From contig CAYYIS010000001.1 of assembly GCA_964470965.1 (NCBI GenBank), positions 11,990 through 75,989 on the forward strand: a stretch of 64,000 nt of DNA, read 5' to 3'. The translations under genes and the position numbers were made by a program. This stretch comes from an uncultured Gemmatimonadota bacterium (GTDB lineage: Bacteria; JAAXHH01; JABIQT01). How positions within the stretch are numbered: the stretch's first letter is position 1; the number at the start of each line of letters is the position of its first letter. A model generated the notes under the pieces. It searched no databases, was not told where the DNA came from, and was given only the letters and a program-made list of their open reading frames with translations. Of this stretch, positions 51,741 to 60,951 are shown one piece after another.

Positions 51741-53120
51741 ATGTCTTTCGATGTGACCGAGACTTTGCAGAATGGAGTATCCCGCCGTGCGTTCATGAAG
51801 GGCGCGCTCCTCAGCGGTGCGGCACTTACCTTTGCGGACAAAATGGTCCTCGCGCAGGAGATGGCGACCGGACGTATTACCTCGAAAGACATACGCGGTA
51901 TCGGTGTGGAACCCGGTCTCGTACGTATGGCACTCAACGAAAACCCGATCGGCCCGTCCCGCTATGCCCTGCAGGCCATCGCGGACAATATGTTCGACAT
52001 TAACCGGTATGGATTCAATTCCTCTCCCCTGACTCAGGCGTTGGCCGAATATGACGGGATCGAACTGCCCGACAGTGGTGGCATGCCCAGCATGGCTGCC
52101 ATGATGAGAAGCGCCGCAGCCAGTGCCCGTAGTCAGGGCGCTGGCAGCCGTGGCCAGGGTGGTAGTCAGGGCGCTGGCAGCCGTGGCCAGGGTGGTAGTC
52201 AGGGTGGCGGTGGAGCAGGCGGCGGCAGAGGCGGTTTTCGTCGGCGCCCCACACCCTTTACGCTTTCTGCAGGGTCCGGCCAGCTTCTGGATGTGCTCGC
52301 GCTTGCTTATTTGAGTCAGGGCGGCGAGTCGATAGAAATGGATTTGGGATATGGCTCGATAAGTCGTGGGGCGGAAGAATACAGGCGAATGGGCATCAGC
52401 GCTAATGGCATTAAAGTGCCTGCAACAGGTGACTACAAACACGATCTCGATGCCATGAAGGCAGCTATCACACCCGCCACCACGCTTGTGGTGGTCACAA
52501 ATCCCAACAATCCGACCGGGACGCTCATGTCTTACGAAGACATTTCTGCCTTCGTCAAATCCGTACCGGAAGACGTGGTGGTGGTAGTTGATGAAGCGTA
52601 TATCCACTTCGTACGCGATCCCAACTATCAAAAGGCGATACCGCTGGCGCTCGAGCACGAAAATGTGATCGTGATCCGCACCTTCTCCAAGGTGTACGGC
52701 ATGCCGGCCATGCGTCTCGGCTATGCGGTCAGCAAACCGGGCGGCAGAATTCAGCAGAAACTGCGTTTCTACCTGACCGGCTCACCGAACCTGCTCGCGC
52801 AGGTCGCGGGCGCGGCGGCGGTGAAAGACATGGATCATGTCCGTCGGTCGCAGGAAGTGGTATGGAACTTCCGGGATCGTTGTTTTGCGGAATTCGATAA
52901 AATGGGTCTGGAATACATTCCCAGCGAAAGCAACTTCTTCATGGTCAACCTGGGTAAAGACTCCATGCCGGTCATGCGGGAATTGTTCTCGCGTGGCGTG
53001 ATGGTCACCAACCGTACCCGTGAGGCTATGCCGACCTGGATTCGGGTATCTTCGGGAACGGAGCGGGAAACGGAGGTGTTCTTGAACGAGTTGAAGGATA
53101 TCATGGCCAAGACGCTGTAA
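51741..53120 (+). CDS. HisC-like class I/II PLP aminotransferase with Tat signal and Gly-rich insertion
   Basis: SRRAFMK signal; NENPIGPS, NPNNPTG, DEAY and RTFSKVYGMPAMRLGY. GGAGG RBS. Confidence 0.88.
   Translation: MSFDVTETLQNGVSRRAFMKGALLSGAALTFADKMVLAQEMATGRITSKDIRGIGVEPGLVRMALNENPIGPSRYALQAIADNMFDINRYGFNSSPLTQALAEYDGIELPDSGGMPSMAAMMRSAAASARSQGAGSRGQGGSQGAGSRGQGGSQGGGGAGGGRGGFRRRPTPFTLSAGSGQLLDVLALAYLSQGGESIEMDLGYGSISRGAEEYRRMGISANGIKVPATGDYKHDLDAMKAAITPATTLVVVTNPNNPTGTLMSYEDISAFVKSVPEDVVVVVDEAYIHFVRDPNYQKAIPLALEHENVIVIRTFSKVYGMPAMRLGYAVSKPGGRIQQKLRFYLTGSPNLLAQVAGAAAVKDMDHVRRSQEVVWNFRDRCFAEFDKMGLEYIPSESNFFMVNLGKDSMPVMRELFSRGVMVTNRTREAMPTWIRVSSGTERETEVFLNELKDIMAKTL
52131..52204 (+). repeat. 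In-frame 33-nt tandem repeat (2 full copies plus a partial) encoding SQGAGSRGQGG
   Basis: AGTCAGGGCGCTGGCAGCCGTGGCCAGGGTGGT at 52131-52163 and 52164-52196, then AGTCAGGG. Confidence 0.95.
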
Positions 53121-53143
53121 AAGGTGTCTGTCCGCACAACACC

Positions 53144-53177
53144 AAAAGGCGTGCCTATGTCGGCACGCCTTTTTTTA
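53144..53177 (+). terminator. Intrinsic terminator, probably bidirectional
   Basis: AAAAGGCGTGCC-tatgtc-GGCACGCCTTTTTTTT. Confidence 0.85.
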
Positions 53178-53224
53178 TGATATTCAAGTCGCCAACAAGA
53201 TAGAGCCTGTTTATATTGCATTTT

Positions 53225-54526
53225 ATGAATAAGATCCGACTCATCTTTATACCCCTGGCCGTCACACTGGCCGTTCTACTCGTGCGGTTTGTGATGGAAG
53301 CCGCTGAGACCGGCGGCAGGTCTTATCTTAATATTACATATCTGATACCTGTATTTGCTGTATACCTTTCCTATGTCAGTGTGGTGAAGGATATGGGATT
53401 CGGGGGTTTTCAGGTAACATTCATACTCTATACGCTGGCGGTTCGTTTGTCAGTCATCCTGCTGTCGCTTGCCGGGGAAGCCAGTGGTATGGGTGGTAGC
53501 TACTTCGCCGCGGGGAACATCTTCTTCCTGATCGTCCCCCAGCTTCTCTTCTGGCCGGCCGCAGCGTTCATCGTAGGAACGTTTCTCTGGCCGGCCGTTG
53601 CGATGTTCACCGCGGGGCACCAAGTCGCCTACCGTGGCGTGGCGATCTGTGGCGGTGTTATTTTGGTTATTACCTTTATCGGAATCCCTTATGGGATTTC
53701 ATCGCTGTATACGGGCGGACTCGGCAGGCGGTCTTTCCAGGATACGCCGGAAATATACGATGTGGCTTTTGAAGACATCACGCTGACTGCGGCGGACGGT
53801 ATGAATCTACAGGGATGGTATATCCCGAACTCGGAGGCTGACGGTACGGTGATATTCTGCCACGGCCTGTTTAATCAACGGTCGGAAATGCTTGAGCAGG
53901 CGATCTTCATGAACGGGCAAGGGTATCGTGCGTTGTTGTTCGATTTTCGGAATCACGGTAAGAGCGATGGGTCTTACACCTCGTTCGGCTACCATGAACG
54001 CCAGGATGTAGTCGCAGCTCTGGATTATGTCAAGCAGACGCGTGCTGAAACCGGTCCTATTATTCTGTGGGGCATCTCTATGGGGGGCGCCAACTCCCTG
54101 CTGACTGCCGCGGAACAACCAGACGTAAGCGCGGTTATAGCGGAAAGCAGCTTTTATTCCGTTAGTGAAACGCTTCGCCATGATCTTACCCGGATGTTCC
54201 GCTTGCCTGTCACGCCTTTTGCCTGGCTTGTGGAATTTGTCACCGAAATGCGCCTTGGGATCAGTATTCAGGACCTCAACGTAGGCGAAGCGGCCGCACG
54301 GATCCAGGACTGTCCGGTCCTCCTAATAGGCGGTACCGCTGATGAACGGATGCCCATCCGGAATAACGAACGCCTGTTCAAAGTGATTCCGGGTGAGATG
54401 AAAGACCAGTGGGTGGTGGAAGGCGCCGGCCACGCGGATATTTGGAAGACCGCCAAAGACGAATACAAAGCCAGGGTAGTCAGTTTTCTGAATCGCTATA
54501 TCAGGAAACCTGATCCGATGGAATGA
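53225..54526 (+). CDS. Membrane-anchored alpha/beta hydrolase
   Basis: About 5 N-terminal TM helices; CHG, DFRNHGKS, WGISMGG nucleophile elbow and GAGH. Confidence 0.85.
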   Translation: MNKIRLIFIPLAVTLAVLLVRFVMEAAETGGRSYLNITYLIPVFAVYLSYVSVVKDMGFGGFQVTFILYTLAVRLSVILLSLAGEASGMGGSYFAAGNIFFLIVPQLLFWPAAAFIVGTFLWPAVAMFTAGHQVAYRGVAICGGVILVITFIGIPYGISSLYTGGLGRRSFQDTPEIYDVAFEDITLTAADGMNLQGWYIPNSEADGTVIFCHGLFNQRSEMLEQAIFMNGQGYRALLFDFRNHGKSDGSYTSFGYHERQDVVAALDYVKQTRAETGPIILWGISMGGANSLLTAAEQPDVSAVIAESSFYSVSETLRHDLTRMFRLPVTPFAWLVEFVTEMRLGISIQDLNVGEAAARIQDCPVLLIGGTADERMPIRNNERLFKVIPGEMKDQWVVEGAGHADIWKTAKDEYKARVVSFLNRYIRKPDPME

Positions 54527-54638
54527 GAAGCAACGGAAGTGAATTGACCCTGTTCCTGTTTTCCATTTACAACGCACTCCATACCATTATATATTAGCAA
54601 TCTAATGTCATCGCATATTAGACCAAAAAGGGGATTCT

Positions 54639-55520
54639 ATGTTTCGTGGATCGATCGTTCCAGTGGTTACGCCCTTTAAAAATGGTGCGTTGGATCTTGA
54701 TGGATTGGCAAATTTGATAGAATGGCAGATCGAAAGCGGTTCACACGGTATCTCAGTGCAGGGTACGACCGGCGAGCCAAGTTCTTTGAGTTTCGAAGAA
54801 CGCAAACTGGTAATAAAAACCGCTGCTGAGGTGGTCAACAAACGAGTACCGTTCGTGGCGGGCAGCGCCTCAACCAACCATGCCGAATCGCTGGCGTTGA
54901 CCAAGTATGCCGAGGAAGCAGGCTCAGATGCGCTGCTTTTCATCTCACCCTATTATTGCCGGCCCAGCCAGGAAGGCGTATACCGGCATTTCGACGCGCT
55001 TTCTAAAAGCACCGGTCTGCCGGTCATCCTGTACAATATACCGGGCCGGACCTCGGTGAACATCGAAATCGACACGGTTGCCCGACTTAAAGAGGCGAAT
55101 GCTAACATTATCGGAGTGAAGGAATCCAACAAGGATTTCGAGCACATCAATCGTCTGCTGCACCGTATGGGGCGTGATTTCCTGGTTTATTCCGGAATTG
55201 AACTTCTGTGCTATCCCATCCTGGCCATAGGCGGCGCTGGATTCGTAAGCGCCACCGGAAACCTGATGCCGGAGAGCGTGGCGAACCTGTACAATCTGGT
55301 GATGGATAATAAATGGGAAGAAGCGCGTGAATTGCACTACAGCATGATGACACTGAACGATGCTGTGTTCATGGAGATTAATCCGGTACCTGTTAAGGCT
55401 GCCCTCGGGATGATTGGTAGAATCAGCCCGGAGGTTCGACTGCCTCTTAGCCCTTTATCCGACACCAATCGGGATAAGCTCCGAAAGATTCTGATCGACT
55501 ACGGACTCATAGAAGGATAG
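54639..55520 (+). CDS. hpaI: DapA-like 2,4-dihydroxyhept-2-ene-1,7-dioate aldolase
   Basis: FRGSIVPVVTPF, GTTGE, YNIPGR and GVKESNKDFEH; linked to hpaGED. Confidence 0.75.
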   Translation: MFRGSIVPVVTPFKNGALDLDGLANLIEWQIESGSHGISVQGTTGEPSSLSFEERKLVIKTAAEVVNKRVPFVAGSASTNHAESLALTKYAEEAGSDALLFISPYYCRPSQEGVYRHFDALSKSTGLPVILYNIPGRTSVNIEIDTVARLKEANANIIGVKESNKDFEHINRLLHRMGRDFLVYSGIELLCYPILAIGGAGFVSATGNLMPESVANLYNLVMDNKWEEARELHYSMMTLNDAVFMEINPVPVKAALGMIGRISPEVRLPLSPLSDTNRDKLRKILIDYGLIEG

Positions 55521-55523
55521 GCC

Positions 55524-56597
55524 ATGAGTGGTATACCCATCAACTGGCTCTCACGCGAGGTAGTCCCGGACCATGCGCAGGTAGAGACCGTTCACATGCT
55601 CTCGACCAACGAAAACCCGCTTGGACCATCTCCCTCTGTCATCGAAACCCTCCGGAACCTGGCTCCTGAAGTGAGTCAATATCCGCCCCCAGATGATCAA
55701 AAACTGCGCCAGGCGCTGGTGGAGACCTATGATCGGGACTTGACTCCCCAGCACTTTTTTACAGCCAACAGTGGTTGCGAAGGCGTCGAGTTTATCGGCA
55801 AAGCCTTCCTGGGTCCTGATGATGAATGCATCATTTGCAGTCCCGCTTTCAGCGTATACCAATGGGCGGCTGATTTACAGAAAGCCAGAGTGGTGGATGT
55901 ACCGCTCGATCCAGAAAGCCTGACCCATCGAATCGATGCTATTCTGGAAGCGGTTACAGACCGCACCAGGCTCATCTTTCTTTGCAACCCGCACAACCCC
56001 GCCGGTACGATGACATCGGCGGCGGATATGGAGCGGCTCTATGCAGGCCTTCCGGATCATGTGGTCGTCGTTGCGGATGAGGTGTATATCCATTACGTCA
56101 ACCGTCCGGATTTCCCAGATTCCATTGCCGATATGGCGGCGGGCCGGAATGTTATAATGCTTTACAGTTTCTCCAAAGCATATGCCCTGGCAGGTATGCG
56201 TCTCGGGTTTGGGATCGCCCGCCCGGAACTGGCGACCCGCATATCCGCCTTCTGCCGTACATTTCACCTGAGTACGCTGGTCCTGGAAGCCGGTATCGCT
56301 GCGTTGCGTGATGAGGAACACAAGAAAAAATCGGTGGATCTGGTGTTGAGCGGTAAAATTTGGCTGTATCAACAGCTCGAACGGCTCGGCCTCAGAACAT
56401 GGCCAAGCCAGACCAACTTTATTCTCGTAGAACTCCCCGTTCCCGCCCATGACGCCGCCGTGCGTCTCCTGGACTACGGTGTTATCGTCATGCCCCAGGA
56501 CAAGTACGGCCTGCCGAACTGCATCCGAGTCAGTGTCGGCATTCCCGAGGGTAATGAGGTGTTTATCAGGGCGTTGGAGTTAACATTGGAGGATTGA
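55524..56597 (+). CDS. HisC-like (aromatic amino acid) aminotransferase
   Basis: NENPLGPS, CNPHNPAG, DEVY and SFSKAYALAGMRLG; 3 nt after hpaI. Confidence 0.85.
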   Translation: MSGIPINWLSREVVPDHAQVETVHMLSTNENPLGPSPSVIETLRNLAPEVSQYPPPDDQKLRQALVETYDRDLTPQHFFTANSGCEGVEFIGKAFLGPDDECIICSPAFSVYQWAADLQKARVVDVPLDPESLTHRIDAILEAVTDRTRLIFLCNPHNPAGTMTSAADMERLYAGLPDHVVVVADEVYIHYVNRPDFPDSIADMAAGRNVIMLYSFSKAYALAGMRLGFGIARPELATRISAFCRTFHLSTLVLEAGIAALRDEEHKKKSVDLVLSGKIWLYQQLERLGLRTWPSQTNFILVELPVPAHDAAVRLLDYGVIVMPQDKYGLPNCIRVSVGIPEGNEVFIRALELTLED

Positions 56598-56726
56598 TTC
56601 GCTGAATCAGTTGTTCGTTTGGAGACAAGGTAGGCCGTAAAACAAAGCCTCATTTCTGTTGGCTCTTTGCACAGATCTATCCTGCCCCTTCAGTGAACCA
56701 ATGAATCAACGAATCTTTCGAATCAT

Positions 56727-58355
56727 ATGCAATCTCTCACGGGTGGCGAAGCCGTCGTAAAATCACTTATAATGCACGGAGTGGATACCGTATTCGGGTT
56801 ACCCGGTTTGCAGAACGATGCGTTATACAATGCGTTCTATGATAGCAGGTCATCCGTTCGTGTGGTACATACGCGTCATGAGCAAGGAGCGGCTTACATG
56901 GCCCTGGGGTATGCGTTGGCTCGGGATGAACCCGGCGTTTACAATGTGGTGCCCGGCCCCGGTTTCCTGAACTCCACGGCGGCGCTTTCAACCGCCTATG
57001 CGACCAATGCCAAAGTGCTCTGTCTAACCGGCCAGATTCCCTCTGCGTACATCGGTCGCGGGATCGGTCTGCTGCACGAAATCCCGGATCAACTGGGGGT
57101 GTTGCGCTCTCTGACGAAGTGGGCGGATCGTATCGGAGCCACGCCGTCCGCGCCTGACTTGGTTGCCGAGGCGTTTCGACAGCTCAACAGCGGGCGTCCC
57201 CGGCCTGTGGGTCTCGAATGTGCCATGGATGTTCTGGCGAACTCAGCGCCGGTAGATCTGATGGCGGCACCGTTCCCGCTGCGGCATCCTCCGGTAGATA
57301 CGGATGCGCTGGAGAAAGCGGCAAAGATCCTGGGTCAGGCGAAACATCCGATGATTTTCGTCGGCCGGGGAGCGATGAACGTGTCAGAAGAAGTAAAACA
57401 GCTTGCGGAAATGCTTCAGGCGCCGGTGATCGGTTATCGGACCGGAAGAGGTGTCCTTAGCAGTCGCCATTACTTAAGCCATCCCGTTCCGGCCGCCCAT
57501 AAGCTATGGCCTCGGGTGGATGTGGCGCTGGCGATAGGCTCCCGATTCCAGTTGCCGCAAACCCACTGGGGCGTGGACAGCAACCTCAAAGTCATCCGGG
57601 TCGACGTGGACGCGGAAGCTATGAACAGAATCAATAAGCCTGACCTGGGGATAGTGGCCCGCAATGAGGATGTCCTGCCGCTCTTACTTCCATTAGTCGA
57701 AGCAAATAACATTGTTCGTGCATCACGGGAAACGGAGATGCTGGAGCTGAAGGCGTGGACAGACGAACAGTTCGCCTATCTGGCCCCTCAGAATGCTTAC
57801 CTGAACGTCATTCGCGATGAGCTCCCTGATGATGGGATTTTCGTAGATGAACTAACCCAGATAGGATACGTCAGTCGCCAGGTTATGCCGGTCTACAAGC
57901 CCTACACGTTCATCTCGACCGGATACCAGGGTACGCTGGGCTGGGGTTTCGCAACGGCCTTGGGCGTCAAGGTAGCTTATCCGGATACACCGGTTATCTC
58001 GGTCGCGGGCGACGGCGGGTTCATGTTCAACGTTCAGGAGCTGGCCACCGCTGTTCAACACCGGATCGGCTTGGTCACCCTGCTGTTCAACGACAACGCT
58101 TTCGGCAACGTAAAACGCATGCAGCAGGACCTTTATGGTAACCGGGTTATAGCGAGTGACCTACATAACCCCGATTTCATAAAAATGAGTGAATCCTTTG
58201 GCGCACAGGCAATCCGGGCGCACAACCCAGAGGAGATGCGGACAGCGATCCGGAAGGGTTTTGCGGAAGCAGGACCGACGATTATTGAAATCCCGGTTGG
58301 TCCTATGCCGGACCCGGAGCGGTTTAAGGTGCTACCTCGTGTAAGAGGAAAATAG
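56727..58355 (+). CDS. Thiamine pyrophosphate-dependent enzyme (putative 2-oxo acid decarboxylase)
   Basis: RHEQGAAYMA, VPGPG and GDGGFMF...NDNAFG. Confidence 0.88.
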   Translation: MQSLTGGEAVVKSLIMHGVDTVFGLPGLQNDALYNAFYDSRSSVRVVHTRHEQGAAYMALGYALARDEPGVYNVVPGPGFLNSTAALSTAYATNAKVLCLTGQIPSAYIGRGIGLLHEIPDQLGVLRSLTKWADRIGATPSAPDLVAEAFRQLNSGRPRPVGLECAMDVLANSAPVDLMAAPFPLRHPPVDTDALEKAAKILGQAKHPMIFVGRGAMNVSEEVKQLAEMLQAPVIGYRTGRGVLSSRHYLSHPVPAAHKLWPRVDVALAIGSRFQLPQTHWGVDSNLKVIRVDVDAEAMNRINKPDLGIVARNEDVLPLLLPLVEANNIVRASRETEMLELKAWTDEQFAYLAPQNAYLNVIRDELPDDGIFVDELTQIGYVSRQVMPVYKPYTFISTGYQGTLGWGFATALGVKVAYPDTPVISVAGDGGFMFNVQELATAVQHRIGLVTLLFNDNAFGNVKRMQQDLYGNRVIASDLHNPDFIKMSESFGAQAIRAHNPEEMRTAIRKGFAEAGPTIIEIPVGPMPDPERFKVLPRVRGK

Positions 58356-58451
58356 GAAGAATCAAGGATGAAACGCGACTTGTTCGCATGTCCGAAGTAA
58401 CATGCAGCGAGGTAGCAAAACTTTTTCCTGCTATGATTGCGGAGTGGACTT

Positions 58452-59324
58452 ATGAATTCAGTCATAATCCCTCAAGATACGGCCCTTTATCAATTTTTGG
58501 AACCTCTGGCGGAACAGAAGCGAATGCTGTTTCTGGCTGGACTCCCCGGTGTGGGTAAAAGCCTGCTGCTCAACCAGCTGGCATCTATAGCTCGAAGGCA
58601 CCGGCGACGAGTGCACCTGCTGCAATGGGACGTATGCCGCCAGCCGTTTGAGACGGACCGGGCGGTGCAGCAAGCATATCCGGAGATCGACGGGGTAACA
58701 CACGGTATGATACGTAAAGCCGTGGGGGTCTGGGCTCGCAAGGCCATCGGGAAATGGGCAATGGATTATACCGGTCCAGAGCATCTTTTGATCGGAGAAC
58801 TGTCCATGGTCGGCAATCGCCTGATAGAACTGGCGCGTAAGGAGGACGACCGGGCTGAGAACCTGCTCAGCGGCGATGGCACGTGTTTCATAACACCGGT
58901 ACCTACCCGCGAAGTGCGCCGGATGATCGAAGGTACCCGAGCAAAACGAAGCGCCGATCCGCAGCACCAACGGGAACAGGCGGATGCGGTGCCGGAGGTC
59001 ATGAGGGCGCTGTGGGAGGAGTTGTACCGGGTCGCCCACACATTTGGTGTCATCGACAGGGTGCCGCAGCAAAACACCATCGCCTACGATCCGGACGTTT
59101 ATGGTGGCGTCTTCAGCGCGTTGATGAAGCACCGGAACCACGAAGTACTCTCGATCGATGTCCACCTGTCGACCGACGGGTTTTCGGTTTACGATCTGGA
59201 CATAAATCAGCACGAACTGATCCCCACTGCACGGGATGTTGCGGACTGCATCGCCGAAATCGGATGCCGGTATCCGACTCAAGCCGGTCTGGATCAAGAG
59301 ATGGCCCGGTGGTATGTAGTTTAA
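58452..59324 (+). CDS. Hypothetical P-loop NTPase/kinase-like protein
   Basis: Walker A GLPGVGKS near the N-terminus; GGAG RBS. Confidence 0.6.
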   Translation: MNSVIIPQDTALYQFLEPLAEQKRMLFLAGLPGVGKSLLLNQLASIARRHRRRVHLLQWDVCRQPFETDRAVQQAYPEIDGVTHGMIRKAVGVWARKAIGKWAMDYTGPEHLLIGELSMVGNRLIELARKEDDRAENLLSGDGTCFITPVPTREVRRMIEGTRAKRSADPQHQREQADAVPEVMRALWEELYRVAHTFGVIDRVPQQNTIAYDPDVYGGVFSALMKHRNHEVLSIDVHLSTDGFSVYDLDINQHELIPTARDVADCIAEIGCRYPTQAGLDQEMARWYVV

Positions 59325-59391
59325 ATATACTAAGAATGGGTTGAAGCTGTCCGGTTAAGATTTTTCTCCTTTATTTTCCTGGAGGTCCACT

Positions 59392-59937
59392 ATGACGTTG
59401 CCGATGAAGGTCATGACTGACTACATTATAAGTATCGGTGCCGATAAGATCCCCCATACCAATAAAACCTATCTTGCCCACGCCATTGGTGTGTATCGGG
59501 ACATGAAGTCATGGGAAGAACATGACGAAATCTGTCGTGCGGCCATGTTCCATTCGATATACGGTACAGAAGGGTTCCAGACGTTTTGCCTGCCGCTTGA
59601 GCGACGGGATGAAATACGTCGTCTGATCGGTGACCGAGCCGAGCGGATCGCCTACGCAAACTGTGCCATGGACCGTGCCTCGTTTTATTCTCAGGTTGGC
59701 ACGCAGCAGGATATTTACCAGCTTAAAGATCGTATTACAGGCAGGACCATTGTATTATCCCACACGGATTTTGAGGATCTTATAAGGCTTCACCTGTGTG
59801 ATTATTTGGAGCAGGTTGAACGGGTTGAAGGTTGGGGTTATCAACGTGAGACCTTGAAAATAATGGGTGAACGGCTGGGCGGCGCAGCGCTGGCGGCCTA
59901 CAAGGCCACCTTCTCCCGCGAGCCTAAACCCGTGTAG
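59392..59937 (+). CDS. DUF6817-like (HD-superfamily-like) protein
   Basis: HTNKTYLAH...AAMFHSIYGTEGF...IGDRAERIAY; GGAGG RBS. Confidence 0.65.
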   Translation: MTLPMKVMTDYIISIGADKIPHTNKTYLAHAIGVYRDMKSWEEHDEICRAAMFHSIYGTEGFQTFCLPLERRDEIRRLIGDRAERIAYANCAMDRASFYSQVGTQQDIYQLKDRITGRTIVLSHTDFEDLIRLHLCDYLEQVERVEGWGYQRETLKIMGERLGGAALAAYKATFSREPKPV

Positions 59938-60107
59938 ACGGTTCTGATATGGCAGAAGAAACAGATGTCTCTGATTCTTATGCACACCGTGACGGTGCTA
60001 AGCGTATCACCGGTGTAGTCCGTTGGTGCCAGCCATCTGGCGGATGCGGCACCCTTCGGGATCACTGGCGACCTGGAACCGCAGAATCTATAGTGCCTGT
60101 TGTCGAG

Positions 60108-60136
60108 TTGCAAATTTTCAGACAGACTGTTATATT
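60108..60136 (+). promoter_or_regulatory. Putative sigma70 promoter of hpaG-hpaE-hpaD-IDO
   Basis: TTGCAA-17 nt-TATATT, flanked by an imperfect inverted repeat GAGTTGCAAAT/ATTGGTAACTC. Confidence 0.55.
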
Positions 60137-60183
60137 GGTAACTCTACAAAAAAAAGAACGCAAACGTACATACAGGAGTCCAA

Positions 60184-60927
60184 ATGAAACTGGCACGATT
60201 TGCTTGCAACGGACAGGTCCACGACGCGGTCTACAGGGACGACCAGCTGTGGGTCGGTTCCGTTGCGTATGATCCGAATGATGTGATGTGGCTCCCGCCC
60301 GTGGCGCATTCCAGCAAGGCCATCGGTGTAGCGCTGGGATATACTGATCACGCGGTCGAACTGGATCTGGAGCTCCCGGAGGAGCCGATCCTGTTTCAGA
60401 AGATGGTGAGTTCCTACATCGGCCACAAAGCGAACATCGTGTCACCTCGGAACATCGATTACATGCATTATGAGTGTGAACTGGTGGCTGTAATCGGACT
60501 GCCGGCGCGTAAGGTCAAAGCGGCAGATGCACTCGCTTATGTTAAGGGATACACTATCGGAAACGATGTAACGATCCGTGATTTCGTGACCAACTACTAC
60601 CGTCCGCCCATTAAAGCAAAAGGGTTCGACACCTTCGGCCCCGTCGGCCCATTCCTAACGAGCGCCGACGAGATCGATCCTACCAACGTGGGACTGCGCA
60701 CGTATGTCAATGATGAACTGCGCCAGGAAGGCAACACAAAACATCTCCGACATAGTGTCGCCGATCTGATTGAGTACATCTCCGACTACATGACCCTGTT
60801 TCCAGGAGATATGATCTGGTCCGGCACCCCTGAGGGTATTTCGCATATTTATCCGGGCGACAGGCTGCGCCTGGAGGTGGATGGACTGGGCACACTGGAG
60901 AATCAGGTGGTAGAAGAGGATCGATAG
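60184..60927 (+). CDS. hpaG: Fumarylacetoacetate-hydrolase family protein (HpaG C-terminal decarboxylase type)
   Basis: YMHYECELV, NDVTIRD, NYYRPPIKAKGFDTF and GTPEG. Confidence 0.8.
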   Translation: MKLARFACNGQVHDAVYRDDQLWVGSVAYDPNDVMWLPPVAHSSKAIGVALGYTDHAVELDLELPEEPILFQKMVSSYIGHKANIVSPRNIDYMHYECELVAVIGLPARKVKAADALAYVKGYTIGNDVTIRDFVTNYYRPPIKAKGFDTFGPVGPFLTSADEIDPTNVGLRTYVNDELRQEGNTKHLRHSVADLIEYISDYMTLFPGDMIWSGTPEGISHIYPGDRLRLEVDGLGTLENQVVEEDR

Positions 60928-60951
60928 ATTTACCTGTAAAGGATTTATCGC

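Noticed and set aside
52131-52204. CRISPR-like repeat
   Set aside because: The copies are directly adjacent with no spacers, in frame inside a CDS, and there are no cas genes.
54639-55520. Housekeeping dapA
   Set aside because: The hpa context and the KESNKDFEH segment favour the HpaI subfamily, although this is not proven.
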